DNA from: Nanobdellota archaeon
Lineage (GTDB): Archaea; Nanobdellota; Nanobdellia; Pacearchaeales; GW2011-AR1
NCBI GenBank assembly: GCA_038045425.1
Contig: JBBSYD010000032.1
Location: 36,417 to 100,416, forward strand
Reading direction: 5' to 3'
DNA: 64,000 nucleotides
The translations under genes were made by a program, and so were the position numbers. Each line of letters begins with the position of its first letter. The stretch's first letter is position 1. This document shows positions 8,268 to 18,166 of this stretch, one piece after another. The notes beneath the pieces were generated by a model that had not been told where the DNA came from, did no database searches, and saw only the letters and a program-made list of their open reading frames with translations.

Positions 8268-9695
8268 ATGAACAAATCTAAACTTAATGTTTTTATATTT
8301 TTATTTGCACTAATGGGTATTGCAATTGTGTTATCTATGCAATTTGCTGTTGCGTATAATTCGCCTGCAACTGTAAATCTTGGAACTGCAGGTAATTTTG
8401 TTATATTATCAAAGGCAGGAATAACAACTACTGGAACTACGGCTATTGTTGGAAATTTGGGAGTGAGCCCAATTGATAGTACTGCAATGACTGGATTTGG
8501 TTTGATAGCAGATTCTTCTAATAAATTTTCTACCTCTTCTTTGGTAACTGGAAAGATATATGCATCAGATTATACTTCTCCAACTCCATCTGTTATGACT
8601 AGTGCTGTGAGTGATATGGAAACTGCATACACTAATTCTGCTGGAAGAACTTTACCAGATGCTACTGAATTGGGTGCTGGAGATATTAGTGGAATGACTA
8701 TTGCTCCTGGATTGTATAAGTGGGGAACTGGAGTTCATATTGATAATAGAGGCGTTACTCTTTCTGGAAACTCGAATGATGTTTGGATATTCCAAATATC
8801 CCAGGATTTAACGGTGGATAGTGCTGCAATTATAACTCTAACTGGCGGGGCACAGGCAAGGAATGTATTCTGGCAAGTCGGTGGAGGCACAGGAGTTATT
8901 CTTGGAACAACGTCTGTATTTAATGGTAATATCTTAGCAATAGCTGGAATAGTAATGAATACTGGAGCAACATTAAATGGGAGAGCATTGGCACAAACGG
9001 CAGTCACATTGGATGCCAATATGGTTAGAGTACCTTCAAATTTAGTAGAGGTAATAGTTTCTGATGAGAGAAATAACTCTGAAATAAATAATTCTTCAAA
9101 TTCTACTTCTCGTGAAAATTCGAGTTTAGTTAATGATTCTGTAGTTGTAAATAATCAGGAAAGTAATGGTGGTTCATCTTTAAATGATAATGGAATAGGA
9201 CAAGAATTAAGTCAAAGAATAGAAGAGCTAAGAACTGAATTTAGATATGGAAACTTTACAACTTCTCTGGGAGAGTATTTGAATGTTAGAGAAATTGGCG
9301 CGGGGATAAGAGAGTTAAGGGAAAATAATATTTCTGTTAGGACTAGATTAAATTTAACTAAAGTTGGGAATAATGACTCTAAACTAGAAGTTGAATTAAG
9401 CAATGGAAGAAATGCTGAGATAAAAGTAATGCCTTCTGCTGCATCGGAAATTGCGTTAGCAAGACTTAAATTGAAGGTATGTAATGAAACAAATAATTGT
9501 ACAATTGAATTGAAGGAAGTTGGCAAGGGAAATGATACTAGAGTTGCCTATGAAACTCAGGTTGAAAGACATTATAGGATTTTAGGAATATTTTCAGCAA
9601 AAGCGCAGAACAAGATTCAGATTGATGCAGAAACAGGAGATGTTATTAGCGAGAATAAGCCTTGGTGGGCATTTATAAGTTCAAAGCAAGATTAA
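8268..9695 (+). CDS. secreted DUF3494 (ice-binding-like) family protein with Asn/Ser-rich linker and C-terminal domain
   Basis: Signal/TM at the N-terminus. NLGTAGNFVILSKAGITTTGTTAIVGNLGVSPIDSTAMTGFG matches the DUF3494 consensus (LGTAANFAVLAGS...GDLGVSPG..ITGF). Confidence 0.6.
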   Translation: MNKSKLNVFIFLFALMGIAIVLSMQFAVAYNSPATVNLGTAGNFVILSKAGITTTGTTAIVGNLGVSPIDSTAMTGFGLIADSSNKFSTSSLVTGKIYASDYTSPTPSVMTSAVSDMETAYTNSAGRTLPDATELGAGDISGMTIAPGLYKWGTGVHIDNRGVTLSGNSNDVWIFQISQDLTVDSAAIITLTGGAQARNVFWQVGGGTGVILGTTSVFNGNILAIAGIVMNTGATLNGRALAQTAVTLDANMVRVPSNLVEVIVSDERNNSEINNSSNSTSRENSSLVNDSVVVNNQESNGGSSLNDNGIGQELSQRIEELRTEFRYGNFTTSLGEYLNVREIGAGIRELRENNISVRTRLNLTKVGNNDSKLEVELSNGRNAEIKVMPSAASEIALARLKLKVCNETNNCTIELKEVGKGNDTRVAYETQVERHYRILGIFSAKAQNKIQIDAETGDVISENKPWWAFISSKQD

Positions 9696-10097
9696 AATCT
9701 TAAACCACATTCTAATTCCAACTTTTCCATTTGTTCTGAGGAATTTGCAAATAGGCGAATCATGGGAAATCCTTCTTGATTATCTGAAGTTACGGCTGTG
9801 CCAGCTTGAGCAAGACCATTATCTAAGAAAACGTTGCTTCCAGAAAAAGTATAGTATTTTGTTTCGTCGATTACAGAACCTAAACCTCTTGAAATCGTAG
9901 GAGTTGCAAATAAGTTAATTCTTTGAACCATTGTCTGATATCTTTCAGCAGGTAATTCTTTCAGAACGCCTGAAAGATTTCTAGTATTCGTGATTCCTGT
10001 TGGAGTATAATGCCTTTCTACTAATCCAAGAGCCATGCTCTTTTATCTTTATTTGAGGTTTTTAAATAAATCGGTGAACTAGTTAAGTTTAAGAGAG

Positions 10098-11297
10098 ATG
10101 TGCTTGAATAATATCATGGTAGTATTTGATAAGGGAAGGGCAGTGTTTAAGCATGGGCCTGAAGATTTTATCGTTGAAGAAGTACAATTGGATGGAAAAA
10201 TATCTGAGATTTCTAGTTTGATGTCTGCGTTCGAGAACGCAGTTGTTGATTTTGGTAATTTGAATGTTAATGATAGAAGAGATTTCATTATGTTTGATCT
10301 TGAGAAAATAAATATTGATCATCTTAGCGCGATGAGTGAATTGTCTGAGAAGATTAAAAAACATCCTCATGAGATAGGCTACGGAGGAAGTAAGGATAAG
10401 GTTGCATGGACGTGTCAGAGGATTTCTGTGTTTAATCCTGATATGGAAAAGATAAAAGTATTTTCTCATCCTGGAATAATTCTTAAGAATTTTAGATGGG
10501 GGAAACATAAAATAAAGATTGGAGACTTGAAAGGAAATAGGTTTAGAGTAACTTTAAGAAATTTAGATGGGGCTGCGCTTAAGGTGTTAAGTAGAATAAG
10601 AAATACAGAATATATTCCTAATTTATTTGGAATGCAGAGATTTGGTTCTGTTAGAAATAATAATTTTCAAATAGGAAAATTAATTTTAAAGGGCAAATAT
10701 AAAGAAGCTATTTTTGCCTATCTAACTGGATATGGAGATAAAGAGGGCAAGGAAGTAAGAGATGCAAAGAGAAAATTAAAAGAAGAAAAGAATATTATTT
10801 CTGCAAAGGGTTATTTTCCAAAGGAACTTCATATGGAGCATAGGATAATAGAATATTTAGGTAATAATAAAAATTATTTTCTTGGGGCAATTGGAATGAT
10901 CGGAGAAAAAGTTCTTCTGATTATGTGCCAATCCGTTCAGAGTAGAATATTTAATGAGATTATTGAGAGAGCAATGGAAAGGGGAGTTGCTTCCAATACT
11001 GACTCTCTGGTTATTCCAGGATATGACGTTGGTAATTCGAAGAATAAGTTTGCAGAGATTGAGGAGGAAATTTTGAAAGAAAATGATTTAACTTGGGAGG
11101 ACTTTAGGAATTCGGACATACCTTTTCTAAGCCTAAAGGGGGCGGAGAGAAAAGCATTCCTTAGAGTTAGAGATTTGGAAATAGTTACTGAAGAAGATGA
11201 GATATTTGGGCCTGCAAAGAAAATAGTAATGTCCTTTGTTCTTGATTCTGGAAGCTATGCTACGACTTTCTTGGAATATTTTTTTGAATTGGAATAG
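10098..11297 (+). CDS. truD: tRNA pseudouridine(13) synthase TruD/Pus7
   Basis: PEDFIVEE at the N-terminus and GYGGSKDKVAWTCQRISV (GxKD catalytic Asp motif) are typical of TruD. Confidence 0.7.
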   Translation: MCLNNIMVVFDKGRAVFKHGPEDFIVEEVQLDGKISEISSLMSAFENAVVDFGNLNVNDRRDFIMFDLEKINIDHLSAMSELSEKIKKHPHEIGYGGSKDKVAWTCQRISVFNPDMEKIKVFSHPGIILKNFRWGKHKIKIGDLKGNRFRVTLRNLDGAALKVLSRIRNTEYIPNLFGMQRFGSVRNNNFQIGKLILKGKYKEAIFAYLTGYGDKEGKEVRDAKRKLKEEKNIISAKGYFPKELHMEHRIIEYLGNNKNYFLGAIGMIGEKVLLIMCQSVQSRIFNEIIERAMERGVASNTDSLVIPGYDVGNSKNKFAEIEEEILKENDLTWEDFRNSDIPFLSLKGAERKAFLRVRDLEIVTEEDEIFGPAKKIVMSFVLDSGSYATTFLEYFFELE

Positions 11298-11612
11298 GAA
11301 AAATCTTGATAGGTTACATCAAGTTCATTGATAGATAATCTTAACCTAATAACATATCTTCAACATCAAATCCTTATTCAAATCAAACATTAGATAATAA
11401 TTTTCCAATTGTATTCAAACAGATTATAGAGGATTTGGAAAAACCCTCAAATCCTCTAAGAAGTCCTTTGAAAACCCCATAAAATGTTTTGAAATAGGGG
11501 GTTATTCAAAGTCCTCTATACTATGTATACTAAAATCTAGGTTATTTTTTCATCAAAACCCAAAAATAAGCAAAAGGTAAACACTTAAAAGTCATCTTTC
11601 CCTAGGGGCAAA

Positions 11613-13463
11613 ATGGCGAAGAACGAAAAAAACCCTGTTTTAAAGGAAAATGAAGAAAATCGTCGTGAAAAAGTTTATTTTGATAAAATTCTTAAGATAG
11701 TTGAATCGATTTCGGAAGATGACTTAGCGATTATAAATAAAGTAAAAAATAAAGAATTTGAACCGATAATGGTGCTTAATCTTAAGTTAAAAGCTGAGGA
11801 AGCTGCAAAGCAATCAGAGATAAAAGAATTGATTTCATATCCTATGATTAAAAAGAATTTAGAGTATAACTTGCCGCATCAACAGGAAGGAGCACTTAAG
11901 ATTTTAAGAGATTTGGATGGAAGAGCATTGTTAGCAGATGAAGTAGGTTTAGGAAAAACGATAACTGCGGGAATGGTGTTGAAAGAATGCATTGTTCGAG
12001 GATTTATAAGACGAGCATTGATCCTTACTCCTCCTTCTTTAGTTAATCAGTGGAAGGAAGAGTTGAGTACTAAATTTGAGCTAAATTTTAAAGAAGTAAA
12101 TAATGAAAGGGAATGGGAAAATAGTGAACTCGCGATTGCGTCTATTGATAAAGTTAAAAATTTTAATAACCAAACAAACAAGTTCAAACATTCTGACGCC
12201 CATAATATCTATTGGGATATAATAATAATTGATGAAGCACATAAATTAAAAAATAAAAATACTTTTAGATGGAAATTTGTAGATAAACTTCAAAAGAAAA
12301 GATTACTACTACTTACAGCAACTCCGTTTCAAAATGACTTAATTGAATTGTATAATCTTTTATCTCTTTTAAGAAGAGGACATCTTGGGACTATCAGTGA
12401 GTTTAGAGGAAACTTTTTAGTGAATGGAAATGAAAGACAGCCATTAAATCCTGCGGAATTGAAAAGAAAGCTTTCAGAAGTTATGATAAGGAGAAGACGA
12501 GATGAAGCTAAAGGGATAAGATATATGAAAAGAATTCCAAAGATTCAATCTGTAGAGCTAAGTTGGGCTGAAAAAAGAGCATATGAGGAAGTTTCAGATA
12601 TGTTACTAGTTCATTATCTAGATTTTAATGGAAATCCGATAAATACTTCTTTAGCTATGCATTCTATATTACCTAAGATAACGAGTTCATCTAAGTCTTC
12701 AATTGAATTCTTAGAAAATGTAGGAGCAAATCCAAAGTATCATGAGACTACTAGAAATATTGCTAAAAAAATTGTTGAGCAATTCAAAGGGATGGATAAA
12801 GATACCAAAATAGATAGATTGATAGAATTGGTTAATGAAATAAATAAAAATGAACCTGGGACTAAAATGCTTATCTATACTAAACATCCTATAACTTTGA
12901 AATATATCTCGGAAATATTGAGAAAACAGAAATTTATAATTACTGAATTTAAAGGAGGACTGACTAATAATGAAAAATCTAAGAAAGTTAAGGAATTTAA
13001 GGAGAAAAGTCAAATACTTGTGAGTACTGAAACTGGCGCAGAGGGATTAAACTTTCAATTTTGTCACAACTTGATTAATTACGATCTTCCTTGGAATCCT
13101 ATGGCTGTTGAACAAAGAATAGGTAGACTTGATAGAATAGGACAAAAAAAAGATATCTTTGTGTACAATCTTGCTACCAAGGGAACAATGGAAGAACATG
13201 TTGTTGATTTAATAATAAATAAAATGTGTTGTATTGGGCTGGTTATGGGAGAATTGCCAATTATATTATTTAATATGGGATTAGATTCTAATGGAAAGTA
13301 TGGTTCTAGTAAGTTTGAAGAAAAGATTATGAATGCTTTTCTGAATTCTAAGAATAACTTGGGTAAGTTTGCAGATGAAATTAGTAATGTTGGAAATGAA
13401 ATAAACAAGGGAATAAAAGATTATGAAAAAACTAAGAAATATACTTCGGAGTTGTTGGACTAA
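11613..13463 (+). CDS. SNF2/Swi2 family DNA-dependent ATPase/helicase
   Basis: LPHQQEG, DEVGLGKTI (Walker A), DEAHKLKN, LLLTATPFQNDL and a helicase C-terminal domain (LVSTETGAEGLNFQ, WNPMAVEQRIGRLDRIGQ). Confidence 0.85.
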   Translation: MAKNEKNPVLKENEENRREKVYFDKILKIVESISEDDLAIINKVKNKEFEPIMVLNLKLKAEEAAKQSEIKELISYPMIKKNLEYNLPHQQEGALKILRDLDGRALLADEVGLGKTITAGMVLKECIVRGFIRRALILTPPSLVNQWKEELSTKFELNFKEVNNEREWENSELAIASIDKVKNFNNQTNKFKHSDAHNIYWDIIIIDEAHKLKNKNTFRWKFVDKLQKKRLLLLTATPFQNDLIELYNLLSLLRRGHLGTISEFRGNFLVNGNERQPLNPAELKRKLSEVMIRRRRDEAKGIRYMKRIPKIQSVELSWAEKRAYEEVSDMLLVHYLDFNGNPINTSLAMHSILPKITSSSKSSIEFLENVGANPKYHETTRNIAKKIVEQFKGMDKDTKIDRLIELVNEINKNEPGTKMLIYTKHPITLKYISEILRKQKFIITEFKGGLTNNEKSKKVKEFKEKSQILVSTETGAEGLNFQFCHNLINYDLPWNPMAVEQRIGRLDRIGQKKDIFVYNLATKGTMEEHVVDLIINKMCCIGLVMGELPIILFNMGLDSNGKYGSSKFEEKIMNAFLNSKNNLGKFADEISNVGNEINKGIKDYEKTKKYTSELLD

Positions 13464-14445
13464 AATGAAAGAGTATAATTCTAAAGAGTTTATATTGGAG
13501 TTCTTTAAAGATTGTAAAATTAGTGATAGAAATGGAGTTTTAACTATTGAGGAAGCGCCGAAGGAATTTGAAGAATTTATTGGAAAGAAAGCACCTTATA
13601 GGTTAGTGTTTGATTTTAAGTTACATTCCAAATTTAAAAACTCAGAACTTGTTACTCAAGGAAGTTACTTTTTGATTTCAATAAAAGATTATCTTAGAAA
13701 TAGAGGGCAAACTAGTTTATTAAAGATAAATATTGAACCAGATTTAGAAGAAATTAAATTGAAAGACTTTAAAATTATTGAGATTAATCCTGAAGGATAT
13801 GGATTTTTGTCTGAATTTTCATTTTTGTCTGTTTATCAGTATCTTAATGAGAAGAAACAAGTTATGCATAAATTATTAATTACTGATAATGAATTTTCAG
13901 AATTAGATATGACGAAGTTTAAAATTAACAATGGAAATCCCGAAGAAATTCCTTCCATCGCTTTAGGAAAATCTTATTTTTCAGCTAAAAAAAGATTACA
14001 TTTACAAACAAATAAAGAAATTAAAACAATTAAAAGAGCTTTGAAATTGAAGCTAGAGAAAGAAATTCATAGAGTTAAAGATCATTACTTTAAACAAATT
14101 AAAGAAAAAGATGACGAATTAGAAAGATGCCAGGAGAAAATAAAAATTCTTGAAAGTAAACTTAAGCACACATTTTATGATAGAGATATTCGTATTCTGA
14201 ATAGACTAATTAGGGAATCTGAAGTTAGATTAGAAATGTTAAAGAAAAGAAGTTATAAAGAAAGACTACGTAGTGAGGAGGCGTTTCATATTAATGATGA
14301 AATTGAAAAACATGTTTTGTCTATTAAAAATGTTCTAATTAATACTACCTTGTATTACTATCCTATTTATAGAATATTTGGTGCTAGTAAGGGTAAAAAT
14401 ATTTCGAAAAGATATGATCCTGTGTTTAAGAAATTTATTATCTGA
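13423..14445 (+). CDS. hypothetical coiled-coil protein, overlaps the 3' end of the SNF2 gene
   Basis: 340-aa ORF with a charged coiled-coil C-terminal half. Confidence 0.45.
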   Translation: MKKLRNILRSCWTKMKEYNSKEFILEFFKDCKISDRNGVLTIEEAPKEFEEFIGKKAPYRLVFDFKLHSKFKNSELVTQGSYFLISIKDYLRNRGQTSLLKINIEPDLEEIKLKDFKIIEINPEGYGFLSEFSFLSVYQYLNEKKQVMHKLLITDNEFSELDMTKFKINNGNPEEIPSIALGKSYFSAKKRLHLQTNKEIKTIKRALKLKLEKEIHRVKDHYFKQIKEKDDELERCQEKIKILESKLKHTFYDRDIRILNRLIRESEVRLEMLKKRSYKERLRSEEAFHINDEIEKHVLSIKNVLINTTLYYYPIYRIFGASKGKNISKRYDPVFKKFII

Positions 14446-14540
14446 TAATTATATTGTTATTAATTGCATTTTGAAAATATTATATCTTATTTCTGCTGAA
14501 GATTTCACCCTATAGCAAGACCGCAGGGTATAATGATTAA

Positions 14541-15344
14541 TTACATATTTCTTCTGCGTTCCACTTCTCGCATACAAGCTTGCTTTTTGCTATTGAACAT
14601 ATCATCTATTTTTCCTATTGGATAATTTCCAATGTCCATTCCAAATGAAAGGATTGTATCTGCGATTGCATGTAATTCTTTTTCAAATTCTTCTATTTCT
14701 TCTAGACAAAACATATAATCTGTTGAAACTCCTAATTTTAGATAATGAAAACTTGTTTTATTAGGAAGAATATTTTTCTTTTTATGAAGAAGAAAGTTGT
14801 AGAAAAGGGCTTGACGTTCAAAGCTTTTGTCTTTACTCACACTATTACTTGTTTTGTAATCTAGAATAACGTGGTGTTTGTGAATTTTATCCGTTGCCTG
14901 AAGGTCTATTATTCCTTTTATTCCTATCTTTATATTTTCATTTTCCTTAAGAGGAAAAGTTATTGTTTCTTCAGTTATATGATTTTCGTGTTGGTCAATT
15001 ATGTCTATTCCTTTAATCATAGCATGAATATATTCCATAGGATTTAGGAGATTGCCGTAAATGTCTCCGTGAATATGCAGATTTTGTTTTTCCCATTTTT
15101 TTAGTAAGTGAGAGTATGCTTCGTCTCTATCTAATTCTTTTTTTGCATATTTTTCTAGACATTCGTGAACTATTCCTCCTGAAAGCCCATAGCAAACTGG
15201 AACTGGAGTGTCATCTGGAACTTTGGCAATATATTTTAGATAGAATAACAGAGGACTTTGATAATAGATGTTTAGACTGGAGGGAGATAAATTTAAGGAA
15301 ATTTTACTTTCTCTCTTGGAGGCACCCTCTTTTTCTAATTCCAT
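14541..15344 (-). CDS. PD-(D/E)xK nuclease superfamily protein (RecB/Cas4-like, DUF83-type)
   Basis: N-terminal SPSSLNIYYQSPLLFYLKYI is RecB/Cas4-like. GIIDLQATDK....HHVILDYKTS fits a D...D/ExK core. No clean Cys cluster. Confidence 0.5.
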   Translation of the reverse strand: MELEKEGASKRESKISLNLSPSSLNIYYQSPLLFYLKYIAKVPDDTPVPVCYGLSGGIVHECLEKYAKKELDRDEAYSHLLKKWEKQNLHIHGDIYGNLLNPMEYIHAMIKGIDIIDQHENHITEETITFPLKENENIKIGIKGIIDLQATDKIHKHHVILDYKTSNSVSKDKSFERQALFYNFLLHKKKNILPNKTSFHYLKLGVSTDYMFCLEEIEEFEKELHAIADTILSFGMDIGNYPIGKIDDMFNSKKQACMREVERRRNM

Positions 15345-15595
15345 AGGATTTTGAATAAAATGGGGGTTAAATAGATTTAGATTTATGTCTAGAGGTTAAA
15401 ATAATTTTTGTTGCTTGGTGTTTTTATTTATTTCTTCTTGAGTTTTATTTTCAAGGTCATTTGTTTTTCTTTTAGCTTCAGTGTTTATCTTCTTTAAATG
15501 TTGTGCACTGTCTCTCATGGAATATTTGAGAATAACTAGATTATAAATATGTGTCTTAATATTTCGTGACATGAAAATTATGCTTTGAAATAGAT

Positions 15596-15901
15596 ATGTT
15601 TTTATACAGTAAAATGGGCGGTTTTAGTATGAATAACCGAATAAATTACCTGTCTTCGCTATTACTTGTAGGAGTGAGTAGCTTGATGTTAAGTGGATGT
15701 GTTATCTATAAAATGAGTCCTAAGGAGCAACAGGCAGAATACCAAAGAAAATTAGATGAAACTGATAGTCGTGCAGCTCATAGAAGGGCACAAGATGAAC
15801 AGATGCGAAAACTAGGTATTGTTCCGTATCCAATGAACCCTAATTTTTTGAAAGACATGGAAAGACGAATAAACTTACCTCCTGTTGAGGGAAGTAGATA
15901 A
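15596..15901 (+). CDS. putative lipoprotein
   Basis: LLVGVSSLMLSGCVIYK resembles a lipobox. Confidence 0.35.
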   Translation: MFLYSKMGGFSMNNRINYLSSLLLVGVSSLMLSGCVIYKMSPKEQQAEYQRKLDETDSRAAHRRAQDEQMRKLGIVPYPMNPNFLKDMERRINLPPVEGSR

Positions 15902-15937
15902 AACTCTCTTCTTGAAAAGAATATTTAAATAATATAA

Positions 15938-16195
15938 ATGAGTTATAATTATATGAAAAAGAACGAGGGAATTTGGTTTAAAGCGAAGAATTATGGTTGG
16001 GGATGGTATCCGTGTACTTGGGAAGGATGGTTCGTTATATTGATTTGGGCTATGTTCTTTATTCCAGCAGTTAAAATGATGGATCATGAATGGTTGAAGA
16101 ATTTGATTTTTATATTTATTGCGACAGGAATTCTAATTTTAGTTTGTTGGAAGAAAGGCGAAAAGCCAAGATGGCGTTGGGGAAAATATAGTTAG
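15938..16195 (+). CDS. small membrane protein
   Basis: 85 aa with two hydrophobic helices. Confidence 0.35.
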   Translation: MSYNYMKKNEGIWFKAKNYGWGWYPCTWEGWFVILIWAMFFIPAVKMMDHEWLKNLIFIFIATGILILVCWKKGEKPRWRWGKYS

Positions 16196-16225
16196 ATTTA
16201 AAAATTAAAGTTTTCCTGATTTTTC

Positions 16226-16792
16226 ATGGCAAGTACTGGAATAAGGAAAAATGCAAAGCAAAATCCTAATTGGATGCTCAAGGGGGCAAGAGAGTCTTTA
16301 GGTTTATCTAGGAGCCAAGTTCAGAGAGCAACTGGAGTTAAAATAAAGAATTTACATAATTATGAGTCTCGAGGAGTTGTTCCTTCTCTTGAAACTCAAA
16401 GGAAATTGTGTGCTTTTTATACTGAGCGAGGACAGGTATTATTGCAAGAAGAAGTTTTTCCAGATAGAAATATTTTAGAGGACAGAATTCCTGAAGAAAG
16501 TTTAGTTCCTTTGGAAAAAGTAAATGAAGCTCATCCTGCATTTCAGGTTGAAACTGATCATGTATATGAACATGCAATGTGGGTAGTTGACAGTTTATTG
16601 CCTATGCTAGATGAAAGAAGAAGAAAAGTTATAAGACTAGCATATGGTTTGGAAGATGGAAATGATTATGGTACTGAAGAGATAGCGAGAACTTATTTTG
16701 GTGGAGAAATTACTAGAAGTAGGGTTGGTCAAATTAGAGATAGAGCAATAAAAATTCTGAGTATAAGTGTTACTCCCGATATGCGTTACTAA
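16226..16792 (+). CDS. HTH protein with a sigma-70 region-4-like C-terminal domain
   Basis: RRKVIRLAYGLEDGNDYGTEEIARTYFGGEITRSRVGQIRDRAIKIL matches the sigma-70 r4 pattern. The N-terminus has an XRE-like HTH (LGLSRSQVQRATGV). Confidence 0.5.
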   Translation: MASTGIRKNAKQNPNWMLKGARESLGLSRSQVQRATGVKIKNLHNYESRGVVPSLETQRKLCAFYTERGQVLLQEEVFPDRNILEDRIPEESLVPLEKVNEAHPAFQVETDHVYEHAMWVVDSLLPMLDERRRKVIRLAYGLEDGNDYGTEEIARTYFGGEITRSRVGQIRDRAIKILSISVTPDMRY

Positions 16793-16997
16793 TTCATCCA
16801 AGGCGATTTTTCTTTTATAGTTTCTAGATAAATTGGATTTGGGTTTATGTTTATTGCAAAGAGTGATGAATTCTTTTGGGCGTGTGCTGGAAAAAGGGAT
16901 AAAAACCTGAGTGGAGATGGGGAAAGAAATAAAATTAAGTGGATTATATTCATTTATTTATACAAATGCTTAAAAGTAGAGAATCTGATTAAAGGTT

Positions 16998-17270
16998 ATG
17001 AGTGGAAGAAAATTTCTGGACAAGGAAGCATTTCAAAGATTAGAAACTCAGATTGGTGAGATTCATGATGATATTCTTTTGGGAAGTGGAATGAGTTCTC
17101 CTGCAAGAAAAGAAGTATTGACTGAAGAATTGAGAGGAATTTTTAATAGATATATGTTTATTTCTGGCGAGCATAGCTCTGAAATTTCTCGAGATCAGGT
17201 GGAAGCAGTTAGAGCTAAGTTTTATGAAGCGACTGGTGAAGAGAGACTTCCTTTGTATTCTGGAAATTAG
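16998..17270 (+). CDS. hypothetical protein
   Basis: 90-aa ORF. Confidence 0.3.
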   Translation: MSGRKFLDKEAFQRLETQIGEIHDDILLGSGMSSPARKEVLTEELRGIFNRYMFISGEHSSEISRDQVEAVRAKFYEATGEERLPLYSGN

Positions 17271-17345
17271 GGTAGCAACCTAGTGCAGTAACCACTATGC
17301 CTCTAGAGTTTAGAATACAGTCTGAAACTCTGGGGTTTTAAAAAT

Positions 17346-18110
17346 CTAATTTTCTGCCTTTTCCCATAAATTTTCAAAAATTTCCTTGAAAGTAATTGCA
17401 AAGATTTTATCATTTATAATAAATCCTCTTGGAATGCCAGTAGTTTTAGATGTATGCTGCAAAATTACAAAATTCTTACTAACTGCAAATTCACCCTCAC
17501 TCTCCTTGTTATAATATTTTATTTCAACTCTCCCTGTTTTTTTACGAAGTTTCCCTTCATTCATTGCTCCCTTTGGGAGAATTATTCTTGTATTCACTTT
17601 TTTTGCTACTCTTCTTTTATGTATCTCAGTTATATAAAAATCAGTTAACTGTTCAAAGCTATTTTTAGTTCCGGTTAAAACATCTATACAGTCATTCTTA
17701 TCAATCATAGCCATAGCTTCAAACCAAAGAGATTTTATTCCGTTAATTCCTTCAAAATATTTGTAATTTGTTAAAGCAATATTTTGTTTAGGTAATTTTT
17801 CTAGAGTTTTAATGCTATTATTTATTTTTGATTCTACTAACTCTAGTTCCTCTTTCTTCTTTAAAAACAAAGTACGAACAGTTGAAGGATTATTTGCAAA
17901 ATAAACTCGCGACCCTTTAAAATCTTTGAAACCTATTAAACCCTTAATAAAAAGACTGTTTAAAATATAATAAATCTTGGAGCTAGGAATTTTTAAATTA
18001 TCACATAAGAAACCTGTTTTTGCTTCACCTAATTCAATAAGTTTGACATAAGCTCTAGCTTCATTTTTAGTAAATCCTACTGTTTGCAAGTCGATTAATA
18101 TATCATTCAT
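17346..18110 (-). CDS. TrmB family transcriptional regulator
   Basis: N-terminal LQTVGFTKNEARAYVKLIELGEAKTGFLCDNLKIPSSKIYYILNSLFIKGLI is a TrmB-type wHTH. Confidence 0.65.
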   Translation of the reverse strand: MNDILIDLQTVGFTKNEARAYVKLIELGEAKTGFLCDNLKIPSSKIYYILNSLFIKGLIGFKDFKGSRVYFANNPSTVRTLFLKKKEELELVESKINNSIKTLEKLPKQNIALTNYKYFEGINGIKSLWFEAMAMIDKNDCIDVLTGTKNSFEQLTDFYITEIHKRRVAKKVNTRIILPKGAMNEGKLRKKTGRVEIKYYNKESEGEFAVSKNFVILQHTSKTTGIPRGFIINDKIFAITFKEIFENLWEKAEN

Positions 18111-18166
18111 ACTACTTCTAAGGAGGAGTAGTTAATATTTAAATTTATGTTTTATGGCAGAAAATA

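Noticed and set aside
9692-10508. Minus-strand ORFs (9692..10036, 10079..10288, 10089..10508) overlapping the ice-binding-like and TruD genes
   Set aside because: They run antisense to strongly motif-supported genes and have no recognisable motifs. They look like low-complexity antisense translations.
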